Shown here: in pieces, positions 10,097 through 22,575 of the stretch
Numbering within the stretch: position 1 is the stretch's first letter
How the letters are laid out: each line of letters opens with the position of its first letter
Assembly (NCBI GenBank): GCA_963808625.1
Contig: CAWEHK010000051.1
Span: 64,001 to 128,000, forward strand
DNA from: an uncultured delta proteobacterium
Lineage (GTDB): Bacteria > Desulfobacterota > Syntrophobacteria > Syntrophobacterales > Syntrophobacteraceae
Direction of reading: 5' to 3'
Length of the DNA: 64,000 nt
Notes under the pieces: generated by a model
What the model was told of the DNA's origin: nothing
What the model saw: only the letters and a program-made list of their open reading frames with translations
The model's database searches: none
Position numbers and translations under genes: made by a program

Positions 10097-11075
10097 CTAC
10101 TGATTCTTATCCTCGGGACCCTTCCCTGCGGAAAGAAAGCGCTCCAGGCGCTGCAACGTCGCGTGAAGCTCCTGAAAATTCTTCTGCAATAGTTCCAGCA
10201 GGATTGGGGTATCGCTGCTCTGGAAAGGCAGCTTGGTCAGGAACCGGTCATAGAACAGGGCGTCCACTCCTGACAGGTAAAAGGTATCAAGGCGTTTCAG
10301 CAATCCCGACGCGATGCTGAACACAATCACAAGGGAAATGACCTGAATGAGCGGTAGCAAAGCCTTGAAAACCATCCCAAAGAGCTCTTGCAGATCCTTT
10401 TGCCCGGAGAGGGCGGGCTGGAGATAGAGGTGAAGGAGCCAGATCGTCTGCACTACTCCCGCCAGGAGCAGCAAGCGCAGGAGCCAACGAAAGGGCGTCC
10501 AGGAACTCCAGATGATTTCCCAGTCCATCTCCGCCAGGCGCCGCTCCTTTTCACCCAAGGTTTCAGAGGAGAGGCTCCGTTGCGGATTGGTGAGCAGCAC
10601 TCTGAGACGCCGCAAGGGATGGAACATGACCCGCAGAGGAATGCTGTCCGTTTTCTTCAGGAGGAGCTGAACCGGCAGGGAGACCTCAGACCTCGTGGCA
10701 ATGAGGGGGTAGACTTGAGGGTTTGGGCTTCTCTTCCGAAGATCCGATGCCTGCAGCCAGCAGGCTCCTGACATAGTATTTACCCCCATATTGGACGATT
10801 AAACCCAGGAGGCGTCCGCCCAAAAAGATAAATGCGACCCACACAAGATAAACCATCATCCTCCCAAGCGGTTCCACGCGAAGCCACCGCAGGTCAAACC
10901 AGAAGTCGAGGGATTTCAACATATCCGGCTGAAAGGAACGAAAGGCAGTCGAGGCTTCAGGAGGAGCCTGCGACGCGATCGGTGCTGCCACATACGCGAG
11001 GCCAAGGCAACCGAGAAAAAAGAGAAACCAGAGCAGTCTCTGGGTAGCTTCATAACGTCTCAGCCCGTATTCCAT
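10097..11075 (-). CDS. Hypothetical multi-TM membrane protein; frameshift near 10730
   Basis: ORFs 10686..11144 and 10097..10789 overlap on the same strand and have hydrophobic segments; ATG 11075 has a GAGGAG RBS. Confidence 0.55.
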
Positions 11076-11216
11076 GGATTGGTATCGCTCCTCTTCCAGT
11101 GAAGTTCGTGAACGGCAATGCCCGGCCAGATTTTGGGACCGCATTGGATGACGATCTGCACCTTCTCCGATGCGTCGTCAAAGGGTTCCGGACTGTTCAA
11201 AAAGAACAGCTCTTTT

Positions 11217-11287
11217 TACCACGAAGAGCACGAAGAACACGAAGAAATTACATCGTGTTGTTCGGGTTCTTCGTGTCCTTCGTGGTT
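11217..11287. repeat. Nonamer-periodic palindromic intergenic repeat
   Basis: ACCACGAAGAGCACGAAGAACACGAAG ... CTTCGTGTCCTTCGTGGT. Confidence 0.7.
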
Positions 11288-11339
11288 GGAAACAAGGTCA
11301 CCATGAGAGCAAGTTATTCTTCCACAAATCCTCGCCAAT

Positions 11340-12425
11340 TCAAACGCCGGCATTCATCCGCTCTCTCACGGCACAATCCAGCATGGCGGGCAATCCGCCG
11401 CGCTCGTCAGGAGAAAACCCAAAGGCTTCACGCCAGATATCTCTTCCTTCCATGCAAAGATAGACGCAAAGTCCGGGATCGTATTCTCGAATACGGTCAA
11501 CCATGAACCGGTAGAGTTCCACCCGGATATCGCGGAAATAGCGCATCTTGCCGTCGAGGCCGCGGATGAATTCGCCCCCCAGGATGCGGCTGGCGGGATG
11601 CCGCGACGCAATGATCGGCTTGAGCTCGGGCATGAAGCGCAAGGCGCCGAGGCTCACCCAGACCACCTTCTCTGGCTCGACCGCCGCAAACAGCCGGTCG
11701 ATTACCCGTCCATAGCCTTCACGCCAGTTCTCATGCTCGATCATCGGATCAAAATGAAAGGCCAGCCGGTACCCCCACTCAGCACATTGACGGGCAGCGT
11801 CGAGGCGTTCCTGGAGCGAAGCAGCATGGGACTCTTCGCCGCGCACAATCGCCTCGGCATTGAGGGACCAGGCGACAATGGTGCGGCCCCCATGGTCGAG
11901 GTCCGCCAGATTCTCGATAAAGTGCGTTTTGGTCTTGAGCTCGAGGACGGCATTGGGCTGACGGGCAAAAAAGGGAACCAGGTGCCCCGATAAGCCCGTC
12001 CATGGATCGAGCAGCAGGGAGTCGGTGAACTCCCCGGTACCGATGCGATAAAGTCTGTCGGGCCGGCAGTGGAGCTCCTCGGACAGCGTCTGCAGGATCT
12101 CGTCGATGTTTCCAAAAAGCCTCAGGTTGGGCTGATTGAGATAGGCCTGTAAAATGCAATAGGTACACCCCAGCGAACACTGCATGCCAACGTGAAGAAT
12201 GCGGTAGCCGCAGCAGCAGTAGTGCCGGGTTCCCGGGCAGGATTTCAGGAGACGGCCACGGAAGGCGACCACTTCCAGCACATCCGGGTCATAATCCCGG
12301 CGTTCCGCGATGCGTTCGACGACTTGAAGCGCAGAGGATGGCAACCGGCGTTTCAAGGCGCCAACGATGGGACTGGCCGCAACCTCGACTTCGACGATGA
12401 TTTTTCCCGGGGGTTCTACGCGCAT
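11340..12425 (-). CDS. Spore photoproduct lyase-like radical SAM protein
   Basis: CSLGCTYCILQAY (CxxxCxxC), RIGTGEFTDSL, LELKTK and AFHFDPMI motifs typical of the SPL family. Confidence 0.85.
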   Translation of the reverse strand: MRVEPPGKIIVEVEVAASPIVGALKRRLPSSALQVVERIAERRDYDPDVLEVVAFRGRLLKSCPGTRHYCCCGYRILHVGMQCSLGCTYCILQAYLNQPNLRLFGNIDEILQTLSEELHCRPDRLYRIGTGEFTDSLLLDPWTGLSGHLVPFFARQPNAVLELKTKTHFIENLADLDHGGRTIVAWSLNAEAIVRGEESHAASLQERLDAARQCAEWGYRLAFHFDPMIEHENWREGYGRVIDRLFAAVEPEKVVWVSLGALRFMPELKPIIASRHPASRILGGEFIRGLDGKMRYFRDIRVELYRFMVDRIREYDPGLCVYLCMEGRDIWREAFGFSPDERGGLPAMLDCAVRERMNAGV

Positions 12426-12530
12426 CGGGTCAGGGCGCTTCAGGTTTGGGCGGCATCTTGCCGTAGAGAGTATCCAAGTATTCCCCACTCTTCTTGATAA
12501 TACTCATTAGCGATGAACTGTTTGTTCTTT

Positions 12531-12751
12531 TCACCGCGGAGAGCGCAGAGTACGCAGAGAGATCTTGCTCTTAAATCGTTCGAATTCCCTGCGATCTCAG
12601 CGTACTTTGCGCTATTAACGTTCATTTTCTCGAAATGTATCAAATTTCTTCTTCAGCACTTTGCTTCTCTGCGTTCTCTGCGCTCTCTGCGGTTCATGCG
12701 TTTGGTTGCAGCCCTCCGCTGCCTTCTGCCCTCAGCACGCTCTGCGGTGAA
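12531..12751. repeat. Nonamer-periodic palindromic intergenic repeat
   Basis: TCACCGCGGAGAGCGCAGAGTACGCAGAG ... CTCTGCGTTCTCTGCGCTCTCTGCGGT ... CGCTCTGCGGTGA. Confidence 0.7.
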
Positions 12752-12763
12752 TCCTTACTGCGC

Positions 12764-13735
12764 TCATGGCTCGTCCGACGGCTTCATCGCCCTTCCCAGC
12801 AGCGCAAAATCGGTGCGGGTTAAAACTTTTTCCAAGAGGCCCTGGAGCTCTTCGGGTTGGCCAAAAGTAACCAGCAGCCGCCATTCATCCCCTTCAAACG
12901 CGGGCGGATGGAGCAGTTGGCTTCCCTGTGGGAGGGCAAGCAAGGCAAGGTCTCGGGCCAGCCGAGTTTCCCTCTCCTGTAGTCGCGGCAAGCGCCATCG
13001 GGTCAGTAACTCCCGGACGGCCTGCGTCTTCTGCCGATGGTTCCACTCGAGATGACTCAAAATGGCCTGAAGCTCGGGGCGACGCAGGACCGCGTGGCGA
13101 TTTTCGTGCCAACGAAGGGCAATTTCCCTCACCCGCTCGACCATTTCCATTTGAACACTCGCGCTGCACCGCAGTTCGATGAGGAGAGCGAGGACCTCTG
13201 CCCGCTCCTCTTCACTCCAAGCAACCAGTTCCAGGGCAATGCGCTCGGCTATTGCTCCCGAGGCAGTGTTTTTGAGAAGGCTTTCCCCCGCCCTTGAAAG
13301 GCCGCACCATTTGGCGATGACCTCGGCGCGAGGCGGGATTTGCAGGGCAGGCAGGAGATGATCGTGAAGGTATGGTCGCGTTGCCTCATGGTTCAATTTC
13401 GAGATGAGCTGGGCCTTTTCTGCGGCATTCAGGGGAGGACCGAAGAGTTTAGCCTCCGCCCGGAGGAGAAATAGCTCTTCATACGAGGATGAGGACGGGA
13501 AAACCATGGCCTGGATTCGCTCCAAACCCTTTTCTCTTGCCCATGTGATGCGCTTGAAGCCGTCTACCAGGGAGTACCCGCCGTCCCCTCTCGCCCACAG
13601 CCAGAGCGGGAGAAACATGCCATGCCGGGCGAGAGAGAGCGCCAGCCGCTCATTTGGCAAATAGCTCCAAATTGCGAAACGGTCATCTTGCAGGTCCAGT
13701 TCATCTCGCTGGACGACAACGTAAGAAGCCTGCAT
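12764..13735 (-). CDS. ParB N-terminal-like domain protein
   Basis: LALSLARHGMFLPL...YSLVDGFKRI...LNAAEKA pattern; directly downstream of purC. Confidence 0.7.
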   Translation of the reverse strand: MQASYVVVQRDELDLQDDRFAIWSYLPNERLALSLARHGMFLPLWLWARGDGGYSLVDGFKRITWAREKGLERIQAMVFPSSSSYEELFLLRAEAKLFGPPLNAAEKAQLISKLNHEATRPYLHDHLLPALQIPPRAEVIAKWCGLSRAGESLLKNTASGAIAERIALELVAWSEEERAEVLALLIELRCSASVQMEMVERVREIALRWHENRHAVLRRPELQAILSHLEWNHRQKTQAVRELLTRWRLPRLQERETRLARDLALLALPQGSQLLHPPAFEGDEWRLLVTFGQPEELQGLLEKVLTRTDFALLGRAMKPSDEP

Positions 13736-13736
13736 T

Positions 13737-14636
13737 TCAGGCTGCCAGGGCCCGACCGGTCAGGCGCTCGAGGGCCTCCGCATAGCGCCCCCGGGTATTG
13801 GCCACCACCTGCGGGGGAAGTTCGGGTGCCGGCTCGGAAACCTTCCATCCCGACTGCAACAGGTAATCGCGTAGATATTGTTTATCGAAGCTTTCGGGGT
13901 TGGTCCCCGGCTGATAGCGATCTGCCAGCCAAAAGCGGCTCGAATCCGGAGTCAGGACCTCATCGACAAGGGTCAGACGGCCATCGATCAAGCCAAATTC
14001 GAACTTGGTGTCGGCAAGCAGGATGCCGCGCTCACGTGCATACCCGGCAGCCTTTTCGTAAATCTTCAGGCTCATTTCGCGAACCCGCCGGGCAGTTTCC
14101 TCCCCTACCCTCTCGCCCATCTCGGCAAAGGAGATGTTCTCGTCGTGCTCCCCGAGAACCGCTTTGGTGGATGGCGTAAAAATGGGTTCGGGCAATTTCG
14201 CGGCATTTTGAAGATCAGGCGGCAGCTGAACGCCGCATACCCGACCCGTCTTCTGGTAGTCCTGCCACCCGGAGCCGGACAAATACCCCCTGACGATGCA
14301 CTCCACGGGCAGCACCCCGGCCTTTTTCACCCGCATGCTCCGCCCGCTCAATTCGCCGGCATAGGGTTGACAGGGAGCAGGGTAGGTCGCCGGGTCGCTG
14401 CTGATGAGGTGATGTTCCACGAAATCGCTCAAGAAGTTCAGCCAAAATACGGAGATCTGAGTAAGAATTATTCCTTTGTCCGGTATGGGAGTGGGCATGA
14501 CCACGTCAAAAGCCGAAATGCGGTCGGTTGCCACAATCAGCAGCGAATCTCCCAAGTCGTAAATATCTCGAACCTTGCCGCGGGAATGAAGTCTCAAACT
14601 GGGATAATGCGTTTCATAAACTGGATTCCCTATCAT
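13737..14636 (-). CDS. purC: SAICAR synthetase
   Basis: RGKVRDIY, TDRISAFD, ECIVRGY, ADTKFEFG, DEVLTPDSSRFW, FDKQ. Confidence 0.97.
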   Translation of the reverse strand: MIGNPVYETHYPSLRLHSRGKVRDIYDLGDSLLIVATDRISAFDVVMPTPIPDKGIILTQISVFWLNFLSDFVEHHLISSDPATYPAPCQPYAGELSGRSMRVKKAGVLPVECIVRGYLSGSGWQDYQKTGRVCGVQLPPDLQNAAKLPEPIFTPSTKAVLGEHDENISFAEMGERVGEETARRVREMSLKIYEKAAGYARERGILLADTKFEFGLIDGRLTLVDEVLTPDSSRFWLADRYQPGTNPESFDKQYLRDYLLQSGWKVSEPAPELPPQVVANTRGRYAEALERLTGRALAA

Positions 14637-14755
14637 GCCGTTCCTCCTCGTTTCCTTCTTATGGTACTTCGCGGGATCCTCGAAAATCCGTGTTGACCCC
14701 CTCTCTTCCCATCTGTTATCCTTGACCTCACTGGATATCCAGTATTTCTAGGGAG

Positions 14756-15622
14756 ATGTCAAAACAAAATCAAGGAGATTGCAGGATCGCCGGGATGAAG
14801 CATGCAAACGAAACCGCGAGGACATCGCTGCAGGGTATCGCTTCGCTTTATAATGATTTCGAGCGCAAGGAACTCTTCAAAAAATATCTCTTCTTCCTCG
14901 GCTGGCTTGAAGTACTGATCTTCGGCGCCTGTTGGGTTTACCAGCTCGGCAGCGGCAGTCACGATCAGTACGGTCCCATAGACCTTCCGTTTCCCTGGAA
15001 AACCTATTTCCTGGTTGCTTTTCTGGCGCCCGTCGCGATTACCTTCCTGATTGGAGTCGTCATCGTTGGCTTTAACAAGTATTTTGCCGAAATGGAGCAA
15101 CCGGGTGAGGTCTCCGGGGCAGAGCACCCGGGAAGCCCCCAGGCAGAAGGCACCGGACGCCTTGCCACCCTCAACCGTGTCGTAAGCTGGGTGCAAAAAC
15201 TCCCGTTCCTCGCCCTGTTATTACTTCTGGCGGTAGCGGTAGTGTTTTTCTACAAACTGGACGTCATCCTGGCTTTCGTCGGCAGTGTCGGCGAAAAAAC
15301 CGTCAAAATCATTCTCTTCTCCGTCATCGGACTCGTGGCAATTATTTCCGTTTTCCTGCTCATCCTGATTGTCCTGAACTTTCAGCTCAGGAAGAAGTCC
15401 ATGGACTATCAATACCGCAGTGAAGTGGCCGAGCGTTTTGGCCTGATCATTCTCGACGACATGACCGTTCTCAACAGCCAGGGCAAACTGCTCGTCGACG
15501 GCAAGAAGGGGAAGCGAACACCCCCGATGCTGCCTGCCAAAACTACCGACACCGGTCAAACCGATCCGGAGCACTCCCCGCCCAGGGTGATACCCCGTCC
15601 TGCCGATGCTGAAACCACATGA
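14756..15622 (+). CDS. Hypothetical membrane protein (~4 TM), overlapping tilS start
   Basis: 288 aa ORF with hydrophobic helices; ATGA overlap with tilS. Confidence 0.7.
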   Translation: MSKQNQGDCRIAGMKHANETARTSLQGIASLYNDFERKELFKKYLFFLGWLEVLIFGACWVYQLGSGSHDQYGPIDLPFPWKTYFLVAFLAPVAITFLIGVVIVGFNKYFAEMEQPGEVSGAEHPGSPQAEGTGRLATLNRVVSWVQKLPFLALLLLLAVAVVFFYKLDVILAFVGSVGEKTVKIILFSVIGLVAIISVFLLILIVLNFQLRKKSMDYQYRSEVAERFGLIILDDMTVLNSQGKLLVDGKKGKRTPPMLPAKTTDTGQTDPEHSPPRVIPRPADAETT

Positions 15623-17061
15623 CGCCGGTTCACCCCTTCGCGAGGCGCGTGCTCCGTTACGTTCATCAGGAGCAGCTCATCGCCGGGGGAGACTCGATCC
15701 TCGTCGCCGTCTCGGGCGGTCCGGATTCGGTGGCGCTGCTCCACATTCTCGTTTCCCTCCGGGAGCTTTGCGGCATCACCCGGATCGCGGTGCTGCATTT
15801 TGATCATCGGCTCCGCGGACACGCATCGGCAAGGGACAGGAATTTCGTGGAGGCGCTCGCCACAACGCTTGGACTCCCGTTTCATATGGCATCCGAAGAT
15901 GTCCTTTCCTACCGTCACCGCCATCGCCTTTCGCTGGAGATGGCAGCCCGCGCCTGTCGCCACCGGTTTTTCAAGGATGCTCTAAGCCGACTCGAAGCCG
16001 ATGCCCTCGCCTTAGGCCACACCGCCAATGATCAGGCCGAGGAAATCCTGCTCCGGCTGTTTCGCGGGGCGGGCCCCCCAGGGATGGCGGGGATGCGCTC
16101 CAGAACGGCAGGCGGGCTCATTCGCCCCCTTTTGTTCGCCACTCGCAGGGAGATTCTTGCCTACCTGCACAACCAAAAACTCAGCTTTCATGAAGACGAC
16201 TCCAATCGCGACCCCGCCCACCAGAGGAATGCCGTCCGCCTCGCCATCCTGCCGGTTGTTGGGAAACACTTTCATCCGCGCGTGGTCGAGGTTCTTTGTC
16301 GCCATGCGCGTCTCGCCGCCGATGAAGAATCCTGCTGGCAGGACCTCCTGGCAGCTCACTGGCCGGCCGTCTGCATGGCGGAAGCTCCTTCCCGGATTAC
16401 CCTGAGCGGTCGCGCGCTCCTCGATCGGCATCCGGCTCTTCAAAAGCGGCTCCTGCGCACGGCCATTGAACGCTTGCAGACCAACCTCCAGGGAATCTAT
16501 GCGGGACACATTGAAGCGCTCTGCAAGCTGCTCGCGCGCCGGGCGACCGGCAGTTCACTCCCGTTGCCGGGTGGCCTCTGGGCCATGCTCGAAGGGGAAT
16601 GCCTCGTCCTTTCACGGGAGCCCAGGGCGGCTTTACCCTCGATAGAGCCCGATTTCTCCCAGAACATGAACGGCCCGGGCCAATACGACTTTTCGATTTT
16701 CGAGCTCGGTCTCAGCCTCAAAGACGTTCCGGCAGCGACTCATGCCAGCCCCTTTCACGAAGCTCCAGACACGATCTGGCTCGATGCCAGCGCCATAAAG
16801 TGGCCGCTCTTCCTGCGCTTCTGGAAACATGGCGATCGCTTTCATCCTCTGGGACTTGCCGGGAGTAAAAAACTGCAGGATTTTTTTGTGGATTCCAGGG
16901 TTCCTCGGGGAGAGCGAGGCCGCGTGCCTCTCCTCTGCGACCGGGAAAAGATTATCTGGATTGTGGGCTATCGCCTCGACGACCGGGTGAAAGTCACGCC
17001 CCGGACCGAGCGGATGCTAATCATCGAGAAGCGCGATAGAGCCTTGAAGGGCGGCTCTTAG
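15619..17061 (+). CDS. tilS: tRNA(Ile)-lysidine synthetase
   Basis: VAVSGGPDS, HFDHRLR, GHTANDQAE, IRPLL and C-terminal KKLQDFF...GYR. Confidence 0.96.
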   Translation: MTPVHPFARRVLRYVHQEQLIAGGDSILVAVSGGPDSVALLHILVSLRELCGITRIAVLHFDHRLRGHASARDRNFVEALATTLGLPFHMASEDVLSYRHRHRLSLEMAARACRHRFFKDALSRLEADALALGHTANDQAEEILLRLFRGAGPPGMAGMRSRTAGGLIRPLLFATRREILAYLHNQKLSFHEDDSNRDPAHQRNAVRLAILPVVGKHFHPRVVEVLCRHARLAADEESCWQDLLAAHWPAVCMAEAPSRITLSGRALLDRHPALQKRLLRTAIERLQTNLQGIYAGHIEALCKLLARRATGSSLPLPGGLWAMLEGECLVLSREPRAALPSIEPDFSQNMNGPGQYDFSIFELGLSLKDVPAATHASPFHEAPDTIWLDASAIKWPLFLRFWKHGDRFHPLGLAGSKKLQDFFVDSRVPRGERGRVPLLCDREKIIWIVGYRLDDRVKVTPRTERMLIIEKRDRALKGGS

Positions 17062-17198
17062 CTCTTAGCTCTTAGAACTTGACTGTTAGCTCTTCGCACC
17101 AGAAACTCAACACCCTTCACTCGTCACTCGTCACTCGTCACTCATTACTCGTTACTCGTTACTCGTTACTCATTACTCGTTACTCATTACTCATCACT
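17055..17198 (-). repeat. Heptamer tandem arrays between convergent tilS and proS
   Basis: (CTCTTAG)x3, then about 11 units of ACTCGTC/ACTCGTT/ACTCATT on + (GAGTRAY on the proS sense strand). Confidence 0.88.
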
Positions 17199-18939
17199 CT
17201 TCCATATAAGGCCGCCCTTCCAAGGTCGGTTGAAGCGTCGCAACAATCTGTTCCAGGGTCGCATCGAGAGCTTCTCGATCTACGATGAGCACTTCGCCTG
17301 TTTTTCTTACCTTAATTTCCACGTTGTTTCCCTTGAGCAGCTTCTGACTGATCACCACCCGAACGGGGAAACCCAAGAGGTCGGCATCCTTCAGTTTCAC
17401 CCCGGCTGATTCCTCGCGGTCGTCATAGAGGACTTCGTAGCGGCCGCTCAACTGCTGGTGGAGCTTCTCAGCAGCGTCGACCACCTCGGGGGTCTTGCCG
17501 ATGGCCACTATTACGACTTGAAACGGCGCGATAGTGATCGGGAAGATTATCCCGGAGTCGTCGTGCCAGCGCTCCACGACAGAAGCCAGGAGACGCTCGA
17601 CCCCGATGCCGTAGCAGCCCATGATCACCCGTTTCTGTTCCCCGGCGGGATCAAGGTAGGTTACGTCCATGGTGTCAGGCGCCGTATACTTGGTCCCCAG
17701 TTTGAACGTGTGACCCAGTTCGATGCCACGCCCGATGCGCAGGGAACCCTGCCGACATTTCGCACAGACATCTCCCTCCCGGACTTCGGCGATATCAGCC
17801 CTTTCAGCTATTTCAAAATCGCGCCCAAACCGGACGTTCTTGTAATGCATGTCGATTTCGTTTGCTCCGGCAACAAAAAGACCGCGTTCTTCGACGGAAG
17901 TGTCCATAACCATCCGCATGCCCTTGATGCCAACCGGGGATAGAAACCCTGCGTGAAGCCCCCGCGCTGCCAGGAGCTCTTCGGATGCCAGGTCCACATG
18001 CACCGCTTTCAGATGGTTGGCAAGCTTGGCATTCGAAATCGCATATTCTCCGCGAATCACCGCCAGCACCAGCTCCCCGTCGGCTTCGTAGGCCACGGTT
18101 TTCAGGAAATCGGTTTCGCCGACCCCGAAGAATCGCACCAGATCGGCAATGGTCCTTACCCCGGGCGTAGCAACTTTTTCCTTTGGCGGGGGTGCCGCAA
18201 CGAATCCTTCCGCCTCCGGCTTCACGCCCTCTGCCTTCTCGGTGTTCGCCCGGTAGTCGCAGTGCGTGCATACGACAAAGCGGTCCTCGCCATTGGGGGA
18301 TTCGAGCATGAATTCATGCGATCCGGTCCCCCCCATGATGCCGCTGTCGGCTTCGATGGGGATGCTATCCAGCCCGCACCTGGCAAAGATCCGCACATAA
18401 GCGTTAAAAATCTTCGGGTAATACGCATCCAGATCATCAAAGTCCCGGTGGAAACTGTAGGCATCCTTCATGAAAAACTCGCGGATGCGCAGGAGACCGC
18501 CCCGGGGACGGGCTTCATCGCGGATTTTCGTCTGAATGTGATAGAGCATCACCGGCAGGTCCCGATAGGAGCGCAGGAAATGCTTGGCGAGGTCGGTAAC
18601 GGTTTCCTCATTGGTCATTGCCAGCACAAAATCCCGGTCCTTGCGGTCTTTGAAGCGGATCAGCTCCTGGCCAATGTCGAAATAACGTTTGGTTCTTTTC
18701 CACAGTTCCGCCGGATTCAAGACCGGCATCGTGATCTCGATGCCGTCGATGGCGTTCAATTCTTCTCGAATGATGTTCTTGACCTTTTCGGCAGCACGGT
18801 GTCCAAGCGGCAGCAGCGAATAAACCCCCGCCGCTACCGGATAGATAAAGGAGCCTCGAAGGAGGAGAATATGCGACGGGGTTTCAGCCTCTTTGGGCGT
18901 CTCAAAAAGGGTGTGGATAAAATAGGAAGAATAACGCAT
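17194..18939 (-). CDS. proS: Proline--tRNA ligase
   Basis: [28 protein letters not shown], editing insert, [24 protein letters not shown]. Confidence 0.97.
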   Translation of the reverse strand: MRYSSYFIHTLFETPKEAETPSHILLLRGSFIYPVAAGVYSLLPLGHRAAEKVKNIIREELNAIDGIEITMPVLNPAELWKRTKRYFDIGQELIRFKDRKDRDFVLAMTNEETVTDLAKHFLRSYRDLPVMLYHIQTKIRDEARPRGGLLRIREFFMKDAYSFHRDFDDLDAYYPKIFNAYVRIFARCGLDSIPIEADSGIMGGTGSHEFMLESPNGEDRFVVCTHCDYRANTEKAEGVKPEAEGFVAAPPPKEKVATPGVRTIADLVRFFGVGETDFLKTVAYEADGELVLAVIRGEYAISNAKLANHLKAVHVDLASEELLAARGLHAGFLSPVGIKGMRMVMDTSVEERGLFVAGANEIDMHYKNVRFGRDFEIAERADIAEVREGDVCAKCRQGSLRIGRGIELGHTFKLGTKYTAPDTMDVTYLDPAGEQKRVIMGCYGIGVERLLASVVERWHDDSGIIFPITIAPFQVVIVAIGKTPEVVDAAEKLHQQLSGRYEVLYDDREESAGVKLKDADLLGFPVRVVISQKLLKGNNVEIKVRKTGEVLIVDREALDATLEQIVATLQPTLEGRPYMEE

Positions 18940-19348
18940 CTTTTCCGACCTCCTCGGCTTGCGTGCCGATCATCCTTACAGGGTTCAGGGAAACGGGGAC
19001 TCATCACACACAAATACTACCATGCCTCACGCAGAATTCTCAACCTGTTATCAGGGCCCATTCAGGGGAGCCACTACCGTCGCATCGGCGAGTTTCGGCC
19101 TTCCCTCAGGCGCACCTCCTGGAAGAGCGCGAAACCGTCCGGTCCCGCACATGGCTCGAAGGTCCGCCGCTGTGGCTGCCTTGACAGCTCCCTGCTGGCT
19201 CTTTAATTTGTTTTCGGAAACGAATTCAGGCCTTATAATGCAAACTGCAATTGGTCGGCTCGCAATCCCAAACGGCGGAGGTATTGTGATGACGCTGAGG
19301 AAGAATCGTATCGTTTCCAACAACCCTTTTGTCGACCGACGGGACCAT

Positions 19349-19408
19349 GTAGGAACTGCTTTCCAGCCGTGATTGAAGCATCACTCGCGGATGGAAAGCC
19401 GCTCCTGC
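19349..19408. repeat. GTAG-type REP doublet (REPIN-like)
   Basis: GTAGGAACTGCTTTCCAGCCGTGA ... TCGCGGATGGAAAGCCGCTCCTGC inverted pair. Confidence 0.65.
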
Positions 19409-19456
19409 AGAAATACAACCTTATATCCTGAACGGGAATAGCTGATGGAGGGATGA

Positions 19457-19927
19457 TTGGTCCAGACACCAGAGAACACCCTTATCGAACAGCTCCATAC
19501 CATGAAGCAGCGTATGGAGGTACTTTTTTCGGAAAGCTTCAAAGTGGAAAGAGTTGATGCGGACGTGCGCAATGCGGACGCGCAGGCCGTATCATGGGAA
19601 CCATTGATGGACATCTGGGAAACAGCCGATGAATGGTTCCTGGCTGCCGACCTGCCTGGCGTTCCTGACGAGGACCTTCATGTAGAACTTGCCGAAAAGT
19701 ACTTGACTGTCCGCGGGAAGCGCACAACTTCGGGGGGACCTGAAGCGATGAAGGCTGTCAGGCGTGAGCGTCCTGCGGGAACGTTTTCCCGAACTTTTGC
19801 CCTGCCTGAGGATGCTCAGGAGGACTCCGTAAAAGCGGAGCTCCGGCATGGCGTCCTCACGGTGATCGTTTCCAAACCTTCCGGACCTCAGCCCACCTCG
19901 CAGAAGGTTCCGGTAATTACTGGCTAA
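19457..19927 (+). CDS. Hsp20/alpha-crystallin family small heat shock protein
   Basis: [37 protein letters not shown]. Confidence 0.92.
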   Translation: MVQTPENTLIEQLHTMKQRMEVLFSESFKVERVDADVRNADAQAVSWEPLMDIWETADEWFLAADLPGVPDEDLHVELAEKYLTVRGKRTTSGGPEAMKAVRRERPAGTFSRTFALPEDAQEDSVKAELRHGVLTVIVSKPSGPQPTSQKVPVITG

Positions 19928-19970
19928 AGAAAGACTTTTTTTGTACCGTCCAAAAAGGAGGACCCCGGGC

Positions 19971-20831
19971 ATGAGCAGCAGAGTAAGAACAACCGTTTTG
20001 TTGGCGTTGCTGACCGTCTTGATCGTCTGGATAGGAGGCTATTTCGGTGGTCAGAGCGGGATGATCGTGGCGTTCGTGTTTGCTGCCATCATGAATTTCG
20101 GGAGCTATTGGTTCTCGGACAAGATGGTCCTGGCGATGTACCATGCGCAACCGATCGATGAACAGCAGGCTCCGGGTCTTTACCGTATCGTGCGGGAACT
20201 CGCTGCCGAGGCCCAGATTCCCATGCCGCGCCTCTACCTGATCCCCGAGGAAACCCCGAATGCCTTTGCCACCGGGCGTAATCCTCAAAATGCCGCAGTA
20301 GCCGTTACTGAAGGACTGACACGCCTGCTTACCGCCGAAGAGATCAGTGGGGTGCTGGCCCACGAGATTTCCCACGTCAAGAATCGTGACATTCTGGTCA
20401 GCACCATCGCCGCAACCCTTGCAGGGGTGGTCATGATGCTCGCGAACATAGCCAGGTGGGGCGCCATATTCGGAGGGGTCGGGAGCAGAAATGACCAGGA
20501 AGGTGGAGGCGGAAGCGCTCTGGCCCTCGTGGTCACGGCTTTTTTGGCTCCCATTGCAGCCATGCTGATCCAGTTGGCAATCTCAAGGTCCCGGGAGTAT
20601 CTTGCCGATGAATCCGGAGCGGAGATCTCCCACCGTCCGGAAGCTCTCGCTCGCGCCCTGGAGAAGCTCCAAATGGCTTCCCAGCGCATCCCCATGGAAA
20701 ATGCTCAACCCGCAACCGCTCATATGTTCATCGTCAACCCTTTGACGGGAAGAAGTCTGGCCAACCTTTTCAGTACCCATCCTCCGATGGAGGAGCGCAT
20801 CCGGCGTTTGCGCGCCATGCATCCCCGCTGA
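19971..20831 (+). CDS. htpX: Zinc metalloprotease HtpX
   Basis: [30 protein letters not shown]. Confidence 0.95.
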   Translation: MSSRVRTTVLLALLTVLIVWIGGYFGGQSGMIVAFVFAAIMNFGSYWFSDKMVLAMYHAQPIDEQQAPGLYRIVRELAAEAQIPMPRLYLIPEETPNAFATGRNPQNAAVAVTEGLTRLLTAEEISGVLAHEISHVKNRDILVSTIAATLAGVVMMLANIARWGAIFGGVGSRNDQEGGGGSALALVVTAFLAPIAAMLIQLAISRSREYLADESGAEISHRPEALARALEKLQMASQRIPMENAQPATAHMFIVNPLTGRSLANLFSTHPPMEERIRRLRAMHPR

Positions 20832-21147
20832 GGCCCGGCGGCGTCACTTTAGTGCGATTTTCCAGCCATCTTGCCCGCCGGTGGCGCCGCCGTCCTCGGC
20901 GGCGCTGCCGGGAGTGCAGGCATGTCCCCTTCATCGCCATGCTTCTTAATGGACCACGCCGCTCCTTCCGGCCTTTCTGCCGCTGATGCCCATGGAGGAA
21001 AGCACTTCCTGTTGCCAATTTATCTTTGACACAAGCATCTTTTTTCATTACAGGTACCAGCGTATAAGTGCGCGGTCTTTCATAGCCCGATTGGAGATGA
21101 TCCGGATCTTTTGCAGCACTCATTGCCCTGCCTCGTTCAGGGGCTAA

Positions 21148-22465
<1,318 letters not shown>

Positions 22466-22469
22466 GAAG

Positions 22470-22575
22470 TAGTGATGAGTAATGAGTGATGAGTAATGAG
22501 TGACAGGTGCTGGGTGCTGAGTGCTGAGTGCTGAGTGCTGGGTGCCGAGTAATGAGTAACGAGTGAATGAGTGAT
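22470..22575 (+). repeat. Heptamer tandem array after purA
   Basis: GAGTAAT/GAGTGAT units flanking GAGTGCT/GGGTGCT units. Confidence 0.85.

Noticed and set aside
17953..19206. Long antisense ORFs (17953..19206, 25728..27206, 29329..30744, 44918..46039 and similar)
   Set aside because: They are shadows of well-supported genes on the opposite strand in GC-rich DNA and have no recognisable motifs.
19289..19372. Small ORF with good RBS upstream of hsp20
   Set aside because: Only 27 codons and it runs into a REP element; no other support.
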